In this document: positions 1 to 11,343 of the stretch, one piece after another
How the letters are laid out: each line of letters starts with the position of its first letter
Numbering within the stretch: position 1 is the first letter of the stretch
Assembly: GCA_004764695.1 (NCBI GenBank)
Contig: SMSO01000031.1
Coordinates: forward strand, 7,298,761-7,362,760
Direction of reading: 5' to 3'
DNA length: 64,000 nt
Origin: Schizochytrium sp. TIO01
Lineage: Eukaryota; Protista; Bigyra: Labyrinthulomycetes
Program-made: the position numbers and the translations under genes
Notes under the pieces: generated by a model
Databases searched by the model: none
The model's input: only the letters and a program-made list of their open reading frames with translations
Told to the model about the DNA's origin: nothing

Positions 1-1649
1 GTTTTCCAATGGACATGAGTTGGCTGAGATTGTTTCAGCCAAACACATCTACTAAGGAGGAAGTCCCAAAGGGGAACTTATGAGGCTGTTCTTGTGACCT
101 GATTATATACAAGGTCTGATCTGGTGGAAGGTGAGTCGAGCTCACGGACATACAAAGGGTTCGATCCATGTCGCGAAGGTTGCTTTTAGAATGCCAATAA
201 AACAATGCCTCCCATATTGCACTCAAAATGGCCATGAAGGGGGCGAGAAATGTTCGCTCTTTACCAGTTCTGAAAATTGGTAATATTTAATGCAAATATT
301 TGACATATCCAGTGCATCATGATTGTTCAAAGGTTGCTTGACATGGCTGCTACAATATTCCATTTCCCTGGTATATATTACTATTATTATTTATTTATTA
401 TATAAAATGATCATCCAAAGTAGTGGTTCAAAAATATTCAATATCCTACTGTTACAGTGTAAATGTTCTTCTGTTTTGCGAAATTAAACATTCCGTTTAA
501 AGTTTTATATTTTAAATGCACCTACCTTGAATTGTGCATGCTATGAATGCATTTCTGTTTGACTCAAATTGTTACGCAGAACCCAAATAAGTGCTATGCA
601 GCTTTTGCGATATGGACATTAATTATATATACATTCTGTGCTATGGCTACTTCTGAGTTGGCATATCAAAAGATATCGTACACTTGTACTACTCCTGGTT
701 CGTGTGCTCTAGAGGTACAACTGGGTATTGACTGGTACACTGTTACTTAGTTTTAGCCCTTGCTTGCCAAAGGATTGAAAAGGACACATCTGGCTGTTGA
801 GGTAAGGCCAGGTTCATGGGTTTTGCCTGAGGACGTGATGAAACTCAGCAGTTGCGAGTTGAGGAGGTCTTTATCGTGGCAAGCTCCCGTGTTGACTATC
901 AAAGATCTTGAATGTCTTCAAACCTATGCATAGTGCAAGATCCATATCTTTGGACCACAGACGAGCCTTCTGAAGTCTCTTGTCTCATGTCTCATTTTAG
1001 TATAGAAAAGGTATAGTGAAGTGATCTTTTAAATAATAAATGAGCTCTTTTTTTAAATTCAATTTTATAGTTTAATTTTAATTAAAACTTATTTTTAATA
1101 AATAAATTAAAAAATTAAAAAAAAACGATCACTTGCAGAGGGCCTATCCACATCGCGTACTGACCTGCACTACCAACCAACTTTACGCCCCCCCCCATCC
1201 CCCTGGATCAGCTTCACCATGCACCCATGAATCACGAGGTTTCATTTGAAAGTTAACGTCCGACAGATTGGATTTTGCAGTTGCATTCCAGAATGCTTCA
1301 AAAGGAAGGGACAAATTGCGTTCAAATGCGAGAATTTATTGTCATAAGCATAAGAAAGAAGTCTAGTTGTTCTTATGAATTATTCAAATTACTCACTCAG
1401 TGGTGCTTTCAAGTTATTGTAAGTGACATTCCTCAATAGAGAATTGGTTTCCCGATATAGAAAAATATTTTCACAGTTAAGCAGTTGGGAAGCAGAGTCA
1501 TTGCATATGCTCAATATGTTTACATAATGCAATATGTGGAAATGAAATCTTGAAGTGCTCTTGTAGACTCACTCATATATAAGGTTTTAGCCAGGCACTT
1601 AATCAGGGAAGGTGCAAGTGTTTCGTTATTTGGTAGAATCTTTTTCAAG

Positions 1650-2000
1650 AACTAGTTGGACACGGTACTTGACGTAGAGCAGTTGCTCAGAAAGTGACAA
1701 TACAATATCTGTTATAACTTCTTCTTTGTCAAAGTACAACGTTACTTTTGTATTTCTTTTCCCAAGATTTGTCTTTGCTTGAAATTAATATCTGATTCAG
1801 TAAATCATCACAACATGAGGGTCAAGAAACGTAACGACCCCACCTAATAAACCAAAATTAAGTTATACCCACAATTGAGGACTAGATTTGTTGAAATTAG
1901 GCTTGAGTGTTTCCATGCTAGGACCGGTTCAAAAAAATTGTTAAATCATCGTGATCTGCGAAGTAAACATCAAAGCTAACTACAAACATGATCCGGCCAG
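1650..2000 (-). mobile_element. Possible highly decayed non-LTR (L1/Tx1-like) reverse transcriptase remnant
   Basis: Minus-strand fragments occur in the expected order: VYFADHDDLTIFL (cf. RT catalytic FADD), LKPNFNKS (cf. GLKINxxKS) and GKRNTKVTLYFDKEE (cf. post-RT TLYLPKxxGG). Many stops and frameshifts; spacing is shortened. Confidence 0.3.
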
Positions 2001-2272
2001 GAGTTAGTTGCTGTATTCTGAGTATCAATTTCATTAATCTAACATACTTGAATGCTGAGCTAAAGCAATGAAACTCCCCCGAGACTTGGTCCTTGGTAAA
2101 CACGGACTTTTCAAGATTGCACTACAAACGAAAAAGAAGTGTAGCGGAAACAGAACATTCAGGTTAAATTCATCCATTATGAAATTGCAAATTACAAAGT
2201 ACGAAAGCAAACATAGTCCAAAGAACTATTGATAAGCTTAAAAGGAGCAATGCCCCAGAGATGCGCGATAAA

Positions 2273-3718
2273 TTACCACCCACCAGGCGGAGAAAAGTCT
2301 TGCGCTCCTGGTTTGGATGCAAAATTAATAAAATCACAAGTCCTTGAGTTTTCCTTCAGCCAAAATGCGAACTCGGCGTGGCCAGACGGTGCAAGGGCAG
2401 CGAGTTCAAAGACCTCTGGGTTAGGATCAAGAAAAGTGATCGATTCTTGACCTGCTTTGTTACTACTAACGATCATTTTGCTGGCACGCTGGCCTTTGAG
2501 AGCTTCAGTGTCGCAAAACAAATCATAGCGCTCCATAGCTAGATTTCGTGAACCTTCATCTCCCTTATCATTTTTTTTTCTTTCATTCGGTGGAAGTCGG
2601 CAATGCGCACCAATGATGTCTGAGTTCCACTGGTCAAATGGCAGATCTTTGCAAAAGCGAGGCAATGCGACATGTGAAAGCAGAAGAAGCTTGAGTTGGC
2701 CTTCGACCTTAGATATCGCATGCCAAGGCAGTTTCAAGTCAGCTCGAGTACCGAACACTTGCAGAGGATCTGGCCCGAAAGCTTCAAGAAAAGCCAGGTT
2801 CATGATTACTTGGTCGTCGTCTCTATCCTCAGTAATCTCGATCTCGATAGCTCTTTCAACGACTTGAAGCACCTGTGAAGTTGACTTGAAATATATAAAG
2901 CCCATGCAGATGGTACCGCCCCAAGTTTTCCGAGTTGACGGCGGAAACAAACCCCGCGAGGCCACTACATCTGCTTTTTTAAACAAGGGTCGCGGATCTT
3001 GTGCAAGAATGACATCAAGATCAGAAAAAAGTACATCGATTCCAGCATGCAGAAGCTCACTGAGAAAGCGCAATCGCAGAGTCCAAAGTCCATGGACTTC
3101 CCTTCTAGTAAGTTTCTTCATATCTTCATTCACCTGGTTTGGTTCATCATCGATATTTAAGTCAGTGTCATTCTTCGTTGATGTAGCTTCTTGGCTGTAT
3201 GCATCAAAGCATGGAACACCGCGATCTGCAAGAAATTGCTTAAGCGTTTGGTCTAAACACACAAGTGCAATGGACCGCATCTTTACTCGCTCCATAGCCA
3301 GCAACCAATTGATCAGGGAATCTCGATAAGAGTATGAAGAAAATGTCACTGTGACAAAGCTGTCTTCATCTCGCTTAACTGCACGGGCAAAGTTGCTTAT
3401 AGTGGTTTGACGGTTTGCAAACTCAAGGGTTTCTTGATCTGTAACGAATCCTGCAGGGGCATCACGCATGCCGACGTTTGTTTTGCTCTTCACAAATCTA
3501 TTATCTTCAGCATTGGAAACAATTGTCGAGTAGACGTTTGGCAGATTTGTCTGTATAGAAAACTCCTGCTGAGAGAGTACAAAACCACCCAGTAACAGCG
3601 CTGTTAAGCCACATAGAAGCACGATACGCACTGAAGGCGAAGGTTTGAATTCGAGCATGGATAAGTTCTTCTTAACATAATATTTAGATTTGGAGCTCTG
3701 GACTTTGGTGTCAATCAT
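2273..3718 (-). CDS. Type II membrane nucleotide-diphospho-sugar transferase (GT77 / Nucleotid_trans-like), 481 aa
   Basis: Intact ORF with N-terminal TM (IVLLCGLTALLLGGFVL). Family-like motifs: LINWLLAM..IALVCLD, GIDVLFSDLDVILAQDP (DxD), ICMGFIYFKST, DDDQVIMN and a C-terminal AHC. Confidence 0.88.
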   Translation of the reverse strand: MIDTKVQSSKSKYYVKKNLSMLEFKPSPSVRIVLLCGLTALLLGGFVLSQQEFSIQTNLPNVYSTIVSNAEDNRFVKSKTNVGMRDAPAGFVTDQETLEFANRQTTISNFARAVKRDEDSFVTVTFSSYSYRDSLINWLLAMERVKMRSIALVCLDQTLKQFLADRGVPCFDAYSQEATSTKNDTDLNIDDEPNQVNEDMKKLTRREVHGLWTLRLRFLSELLHAGIDVLFSDLDVILAQDPRPLFKKADVVASRGLFPPSTRKTWGGTICMGFIYFKSTSQVLQVVERAIEIEITEDRDDDQVIMNLAFLEAFGPDPLQVFGTRADLKLPWHAISKVEGQLKLLLLSHVALPRFCKDLPFDQWNSDIIGAHCRLPPNERKKNDKGDEGSRNLAMERYDLFCDTEALKGQRASKMIVSSNKAGQESITFLDPNPEVFELAALAPSGHAEFAFWLKENSRTCDFINFASKPGAQDFSPPGGW

Positions 3719-5519
3719 GGGTTGCCTTCGGTGATGAGGAAGACCGCAACGGAGGGCTCTTTTGCAAAGTGCAGTCCAAACCCAACCCGTGCGTTTGTTC
3801 GGGCCCGTCTAATTCCTCCTTTGCGCTTGCTCCGAGGTTATAAAAAAGACGAAGCAGAATACTGTTAGCACAGCTCTCACCGTTGTAAGCAGCCGAATTG
3901 AGGCTATCGATGTCGAAGGCCGACTTCGAGCGCGAAGGCAAAGCGTTATCTATGCCTGTAGCAGGAGACCTTACTTTGGCCCACCGTTGCCTGGTGCCAC
4001 AGCGCAATGATCCACTCCTTAGTCTGAGAGGGATCACGATGTCTTTCTTATTCCAGCTTTGAGGGTGCTCGGTATGGTCTATTTTATACCGCTTATTATC
4101 TAACGTTGAACTGAAGTTGAGGCACGTGTAGATCATATAGAGTTTTCTATAAGTCAGAGCTGAGCACAGACCACATACAATTGAGTCGTAGCCAAACTTT
4201 GGCTCAAACTTTTTTGTTTTGACTATGGCTCCTGGCACAAATGACAGCGACGAGCAACAGGGTCTGCATAGATCTAATATAATTCACATCACCATTTGTG
4301 ATTCCTGGCTCTAGTTAAACACAAGGTATGGGTACCATCTGGGGCGAAGTGAGCACCGCAAGATTCTATTATGATTTATTCGTTTATTTATTTATTTTCT
4401 GTATTGTGAATACCCAGATTTTCATGGTTTAATTGGCTCTGACGTTTTGTTCTTTTATATGATACCATTTATTTCTTTGATAATGACAGAGGTTCCATGG
4501 GTTCGCTTCAAGTGGGGTCATTTCACGCAACCCCGATACCGAACACAGAGAACCAGCAAGAGCATTGTGGAACTCGTGAAACTTAAAGTACGCGACGAGG
4601 AGGCAAGCTTCTCCAGTAGCGTGGGCGTGCTGGTCTTTATGGCTTGAGCAGTCTGTCCACCTCACCTCATATAATCTATATCATTTTAAAATTTTATAAA
4701 ACTAAATGACGATAACGCTCCTATTTTCATGAATTAAACAAATAGGAGCTTTTGTGTTTTGTGTTTTCACAATATGGATAAACCAAGTGACTCTCTCTGT
4801 GTGAAGCAAGCTATCTAGCTAGCTAGCCAGCCATCTTGGTTTTGTGAGACTTCATAACTTTGAACTGCGTTGGTTTTTATTTGTTTTGTTTCAATGAAGA
4901 GTTTTGTTCTTAAAGTTAACTCACCTACCTTTCTTATTTGATCTCATTTTTATTTTAATTAAATTTATTTTGTTCAATTAAAACCCTTTATTATTTGAAT
5001 ATATTGTAAGACATTATTTTTATTTTATTTTTCAACGAAACAAAAATGCAGGACGGTCTTCAGGAAAAATAAAATAATATATTGGGTCGGGTCCTTTCTT
5101 GTTTTACTCCTACTATCCTACATTCATCCAAGTAAAGAGGGCCTTTCCATCCCAACCTAATCGCGACAATATGTAAATTCAAAACGAAAACCGTGGTCCA
5201 AACAAATTATGCTATCGCTTCATCTCCATCTCTCTCTCTCTTTTTGTCTCTCTGTCTGTCTTATTTCTTGGAGACACGTGCATTTGTATTTATGTGGAGG
5301 ACTTGACGATTTAAAAGCAAACTCAGAGAGAAGAGACAAGAGAAGAGGAAGAAGGCGGAAAAGAAGGAGAAGAGAGAAGATTATGATGGAGGAGTGAGTA
5401 ATGGAGTCGGTTCTCGATGCTTCAAAGGTCTTCGATGCGATGCACGGCGAAGAAACGAGTCACCGATTGATTTCCCTTGACTGAGGAAAATGGATATTCG
5501 AAAGGTTCGGACGAAAGAA

Positions 5520-5600
5520 CGAATGGATGAATGAATGAATGGATGAATGAATGAATGGATGAATGAATGAATGGATGAATGGATGAATGAATGAAAGAAA
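5520..5600. repeat. Compound (ATGA)n/(ATGG)n microsatellite
   Basis: gaatggatgaatgaatgaatggatgaatg... seen directly. Confidence 0.95.
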
Positions 5601-5854
5601 GAACCAATCAATCAATCAAAAGAGTGCATGGATGAATGGATGGGTTCATCAACGCATCAACGAAGGAACGAACGAGAGAGCAATTGAGCTCCGAAAGACG
5701 TCCATCGTGCTGTCCTGGAAATCGCGTTTTGCTACAAATAGTTGTTACACGCAAAACCTCATTGCATTCACTCACAGTAAGCAATCCGCAGAGAAACCGG
5801 CGGAAGCCGATGTTTATCAACGTTCATTTGTGTCTGCTTTTCCACTTGATGCAC

Positions 5855-5858
<4 letters not shown>

Positions 5859-5896
<38 letters not shown>
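5859..5896. repeat. (TC)n microsatellite
   Basis: About 19 uninterrupted TC units. Confidence 0.97.
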
Positions 5897-5899
<3 letters not shown>

Positions 5900-6079
5900 G
5901 TAAGTGTAGGTGTAGTTAGCAGCTAGTGGCTGACTAACTAGCTCTAGAGCTACCTACCGATCACTTAAGTACCCTTCCCTCAAAAGAGAATCGAGCGGCG
6001 GGGCCCGGGAGGCTCCCTCTTCAGACGCCCTTAACACTTCCCGTAGAGACCCTTAGGGCGACGACCCTGCTGGTGCCCT

Positions 6080-6114
6080 CCTGCCTGCCCTCCTGCCTGC
6101 CTGCCTGCCTGCCT
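6080..6114. repeat. (CTGC)n microsatellite, imperfect
   Basis: ctgcctgccctcctgcctgcctgcctgcctgcctg. Confidence 0.9.
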
Positions 6115-6926
6115 GTGCGGAGGATTTCGAGTTTCTGTCGAACTCCGCATGCTCCGTTTCGGCCTTTCGCTTCGAGACAGCTCGCCTCCTGGCGCCTTGC
6201 AGCCCAAGTTCGCGGCCGCCCCCCAGCTTTGGCCGGGTCTGAAGGCGTCTCTGCTCTCAAGCAAGACCTCGCCTTTTCCACGGAAAGGCCTCGCCTTTAA
6301 AGCTGAGTACACACTCTGAAGCGAGTAGTACCCAGATAGGCACGCTAGCAGTTCCAGTGGTTAGGTTACGCACTACATAACATAGAGGGACAGGGTAGGT
6401 TGGTCGCCAAAGATCACGGGGAAAGAAAGAAAGTCGCTCTCACGAAACGAAGAATCGAAATGGAGCGCAGCGAATCGCTGGAGAGTTGATTTAGTTGAAG
6501 AAAGAGGCCTATTTGATGGAAAAAGGGGCCGATTTGATCGAAGAAGTCCACATGCACGCACATCTCTCCTCCTTTCTGTTCGCCTCTTCGTCCTGGCGTA
6601 AAGAAAAAAAGAAAGATATTGGCCCTTCCTTGGGTGCAGAAGGAAACTCGAGAAACTCGTCCAAGTCCAACAGCCTGACTGACTGGCTGACTGACTGACC
6701 AACCGCCGATGGAGTGCTGCAGCCGATGGGCTAAAACTTTAAGAGGCGAGGTCGCCTGGAAAGATAAGATATACTGCGCATTCAATAGCGAGTTTAGTCT
6801 CGCAAAATACATACAGCCTGAGCCCGACTTTCTTGGCTTCGCTTCGCTGCTGCGCCTCTCTTTTCCTGAGAACAGAAAGAAACAGGATCCCTACTCTATC
6901 TAATTTCAACTACTTGCTTGAAGATA

Positions 6927-7285
6927 GTAAGTTTTTATTTATTTTGATTTTTTAATTCATAAATACATGATATATAATCTCAAGAAGCTTTATTGAAATT
7001 TAATAATATGTATACATGTGTATATAAACAAATAATAATAACAACATGCAATTAAAATTGCTTCTGTGATCATACTGTTGAAGGGAAACCTGAACCAGCT
7101 AAAAAGTAGTAACAGTTCAAAGCCCGTAAGACGGGGCCAAATCAAAGGACGATTGATCTCGAGGCGCTTTCGGGTCCCGCGATTCATATCCTCACTCAGC
7201 TACAGCTACTTAGCTAATTAGTAGTTACCCGTTCTCTTCGCTTCCCTTTCTTTGCTTCCTCTCTGTATCCTCTTTTGTTTTGCAG
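6927..7285 (+). other. Candidate spliceosomal intron of an unannotated (non-coding or small-ORF) transcript
   Basis: GTAAGT donor at 6927, GCTAAT branch-like motif at 7213, ~50-nt polypyrimidine tract at 7232-7283 ending TGCAG at 7285. Confidence 0.5.
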
Positions 7286-7307
7286 AGCGAGGACTGCGAA
7301 GCGGTCC

Positions 7308-7334
7308 ATATATATATATATATATGTATATATA
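7308..7334. repeat. (TA)n microsatellite
   Basis: atatatatatatatatatgtatatata. Confidence 0.9.
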
Positions 7335-7480
7335 ACGGCCCATCAATAATGACTGTGAACAACGCTTTCTCTCTCTAATGCCGTTCGGGCGGAATGTGTA
7401 CCTGCTATGATGCGGGAGGTACGCGCGTACGACGAACTTGAAGAACCCGCCGTAAGCCTCGACTTCTACGCGAATTTCTA

Positions 7481-7600
7481 CTTCGATCTTCTACTTCGAT
7501 CTTCAACTTCGACCTTCAACTTCGATCTTCAACTTCGATCTTCAACTTCGATCTTCAACTTCGACCTTCTACTTCGATCTTCAACTTCGATCTTCAACTT
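7481..7600. repeat. 13-bp minisatellite, 9 units, consensus CTTCGATCTTCAA
   Basis: Units start at 7481, 7494, 7507, 7520, 7533, 7546, 7559, 7572 and 7585, with only GAT/GAC and CAA/CTA variants. Confidence 0.95.
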
Positions 7601-7856
7601 GGAGTTCTCTCGAGTTCTGCATGATTGGCTGAGGGTTCAGGCGTCTTCTGAAGAGCCTGAAGCTTTGGGGTTTCGCTATTTATCAAGTACGCACCGTGTA
7701 TGTAAAATGGTTTGGAGCAGGAGCAGACCTTGAGCATCCTCAAGCCCGCCTTCCACTGAGGTTAGCAACTCAGTTTGGCTCCTGTGCTCAGAGATGCTCG
7801 AAGGCGACAGGAAACCATCTCAGCTTCTCAGATCTACTTTTACTTGGCTGTTTTAA

Positions 7857-7861
7857 AGAAA

Positions 7862-7893
<32 letters not shown>

Positions 7894-7998
7894 AAAAACA
7901 CGTGACGACAGAAATAGAAGGCGCATAAAGAAAAGCCTGGAGAAAAACAGGCACTTGCTGCCTATCTATCCATCCATCCATCCATCCATCCATCCATC
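7857..7998. repeat. (GAAAAA)n/poly-A tract followed by (CCAT)n microsatellite
   Basis: Seen directly at 7857-7898 and 7969-7998. Confidence 0.9.
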
Positions 7999-8321
7999 CG
8001 TATCGTAAACTTCTGTCAATGAAGGAAAGAGGCCTCTCCCGCGAGGTGGTATGATGAACTAAAGATCGCAAAACTCAGCACAGCTCACTCTGAGCGTGTC
8101 TGTTCACGCATCGCCGCCTCCTCAGCAGAGCCACTGCCTTTTATTGCTGGGCACTGAAGCCTTTGCACGCGTGGGATGTTTAGACTGCAGAGAGCGCTTC
8201 AAAGTGCACTCAGATCTGTGCACGAGAAGGAAACTAGAACAGAGAAGCGTCATCACTTTGCGAGTTGGTAGGTAGATACGGCTACTGCAAACGGTAGCAG
8301 TGCAAGCGCTGGTCTTCTGAG

Positions 8322-8354
<33 letters not shown>

Positions 8355-11343
8355 GAAAAAGTAGGAAGGGAGAGATATGTTCGTTGATATTTTGATAGTT
8401 ATTCATCCATGTATATTTATTTTTTTGATATATTTTTTTTTAATTGAAAATTAATCAATAGAAATTGCATAGAATCTGCGACACTTCAAGTGAGATCGCA
8501 TATCAGCGGCTCTGAACAAAAATGGAGATGTTGAACATAACGTTTTGCAGGCGCACGACTGCTGCTGGTTCTTTTCCGCGCACTTGCAGTTGATACGATA
8601 TGAGAGCTGCCTTGTTTTCATAGCTTTTTTCGTTGTTATTTTGTTTTAATTGTTGAAACAAAATGCATCTTTATCTTGAACTATAAACATCTTTTTTTTT
8701 TTTTTCCTTTTTTTTTTTTTTTTTTAAGATGCTGTTTTTAAATTAACATTTCTATATATATATATATTTTTAAAAAAAAAAAATTAATGTTGGAATTGGT
8801 AAACATTCATTGCTTCTTTCAACTCACCTTAACTTCGTAATGAAACAGCGGCGCACGCAGGCCGTATATCTAACCGAGGTTCGCAAAAATCGCGAGACCT
8901 TGAATGAGTGAGAACCAACAATACGAATCAACAAAGTTCAAGTTCATCTGCACATGATTTTATAATTTCTTCCTTCTTTTTTCTAATTTTAGTGTTCCTT
9001 TACTTTGTATTATTTTGCCAGCTTTGTAGTAACAAATCTAGGCGTCGCCATATTGCACCTGCTGCGAGATCATACATCTGCCACTGTTCAAGAAGTGGCA
9101 TAGCTTGCTAAGCGTACTTTGCAACTTTCTTTCGCACATCCAATGACCCTATCGTTGCGCTCTCTGGATATCCTCCAGATTATAATCGACAAACTCGGAT
9201 GGCCTAGCCTCTTGTTTAGCATTTGTTTATTTATTCCTTCCCAATAACTTATCTAGGTTTAGGTATTGGCATATATAGAGTCATAATGAGAAAAGAGCGA
9301 TGCATGGAGCGCCATCTTGCGAGAACGGTGGCCAGTTGCTGTCGGGGCTTCAAAGAAGGCTTCTTCAAGAGCTGATGGCTCGCGAACCACGTGCGTGCAA
9401 ACCTGCGCCTTGAACCCCATGTCATCGCCCGTGGCAGGCCCTGGAGTATCGCAGAGACTGCCCAGGCCCGAAGGCTGGAGAAGCAGATAGGTTACAAACG
9501 AGAGCTGATGGGAGGTGGAAACTAACTAGGCAGCTAGCTGTCTATAGCTATCCGCCTGCTTCCAAGTCCTTGTAAGTTTTATGGTGCTCAGTCTCTGAAA
9601 CCACATCAAAACGTGGCATAATACGTGGCATAATACGTGCTGGCGCTCGCGAAAAGCTTTGCCTAGGCACCACATAGCACTAGAAGGTCGCCGCTACGGT
9701 GCTCGGCGCATGGCGCATGGCGTCTACGAGACTCATGGAAGGACGGGAGTTCTGTACGCACGCGCCTGCCAGAATTGTGCACGCCATGTACAATGCACAA
9801 ACCCATCGCGGCAAAAGGGATTTCTGAAAACACTCGATGATGATTGTGATATGACCCCTCCGGCCGTACGGAGGAGACAAATTGAAAAGACACTCAGGGC
9901 GCCTGAAGAACTATGATCGAATGGCTGGGCAAACGAGATACTTACTTGCGTGTTGGGAGGAAACCCAGGGCCCTTGTCAGGAGGAGGCATGCGAGGGTGT
10001 CTTGCGGACACTGAAATAAACATGCAGGCTCTGCTCACAGCAAGAAAGCTCCCTCGACGAATGAGTTCAGAAAATGCTCTTAGACTGCCGCAACAAGTGA
10101 TCTCAGAGCAGACTGAGTGGTCTTGGATGGGTTTGAATGGCGACAAATAGTAGCAGGTAATTGCGCACTCTTAAAAGCATCCCGATGTGCAGAAGGAAAA
10201 TCCGAACCAACGAAGGTATTGCCGCCTCATAAATAAACTTGATTACTTTGAAAAGGCCATGCCTGATTGCTTTTCATTGAAGAAGTGGCCGTCTACAAAT
10301 AGTTAGAGCTGATGATCCCCCTCCGTATGTGAAAGCGTTCTCGATATTAGACTGAGATATGGTCTGTGTGTGGTAAGGATGCATTGCTCTAAGTCTACTT
10401 ACAATCCCTCAACTTGACTTTATACTACCTAGCGCTTGTTGGTCTTCTTGGAAATATGCATCTTGAAGACTCAAATAAAACCCCTTTTGGGGTCTAAGAA
10501 AACGTCTCTTCTTCTAGCATTGCGCTCCTTCATCGTTGAACGATCGCATGACATCACAACTGCTCGCACAGCCTCAACGATGGCAAACCAAGAACAACAT
10601 GTAGTCTATGCAGCCAGCCTTCCTAGCCGGCAAAACATCCCAAACCTTGCTGTCGCCACACATAGCTAGCTAGCTCCAGCTGGGTACACAGCAGCTTCTT
10701 CCTGTGTGCCCAACTTTGCATACTAATACCCATTATAGGCCCAAACTTTTTTCCCTAACGAATAAAAGCGAACCATCTCTCCCCCGTCAAAGTTCTTCAC
10801 TAGAACCCTCTACTGGGCCGTGCTAGGTGCCCTCTGCGGTGTTCTTTCTAAATGGAACGCCTATAGCGTTGTTTTTGATTACGTTATGCACCGACCTGCT
10901 ACTCCTGCGTAGCTGGTTCTAGGCACAGTCACTGGCAATAATGATAGGTGGGCCTACTATATACTCATAGGACAGCCGTTCTTTTTCCAACTGGAGGTGG
11001 AGAATGATCTTCTTCGACCAGTATTCCTAGCGTGAAGGAAATGCGCTTTGGAATCAAAATGAGCGGCGTCAATCAATACCATGACGATGGCGGCGATGAG
11101 CGAACGATTATGCTGGCCTCATACTGTGAGGTCTGGCTTTGATATTATGTCTTGGATGAGCCATATTTGATCTCCTGGGTAATATCTTCATGAATTGGCG
11201 TCCTCAGATTTAGAGCTTTTTCTTAATTGCCAGCTCATCAATCAATATTTTGACAAAGACAGTGAGTGAGTAAATCAATACCGAGCATCGGTGCTGCCAA
11301 AGCTTGAGCTGAGTAGACTCGCTCGAGGCGGCCTGGAAAAAGA

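Noticed and set aside
1-1010. Coding-like fragments that might belong to a decayed DNA transposon or gene
   Set aside because: Stops in all frames and no motif I can name.
1139-1155. GGGCCTATCCACAT resembling a Harbinger-type TIR
   Set aside because: No inverted partner found in the window.
3711-4238. 175-aa minus-strand ORF overlapping the GT77 start
   Set aside because: Non-ATG start, no recognisable domain; probably UTR or promoter.
7064-7115. TPP riboswitch-like string (CTGTGATCATAC...AACCTGAACCAGCTAA)
   Set aside because: Lacks exact CTGAGA, the TAATxCxxGCG P5 pairing and a neighbouring thiamine gene.
7481-7600. CRISPR-like array
   Set aside because: Head-to-tail repeats with no spacers and no cas genes, in a eukaryotic context.
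8051-8157. C/D snoRNA-like boxes (ATGATGA...CTGA)
   Set aside because: No convincing terminal stem, and only a short possible rRNA complement.
9280-11200. Short ORFs and splice-like signals upstream of the GT60 gene
   Set aside because: Could not assemble a coherent protein or recognise a family.
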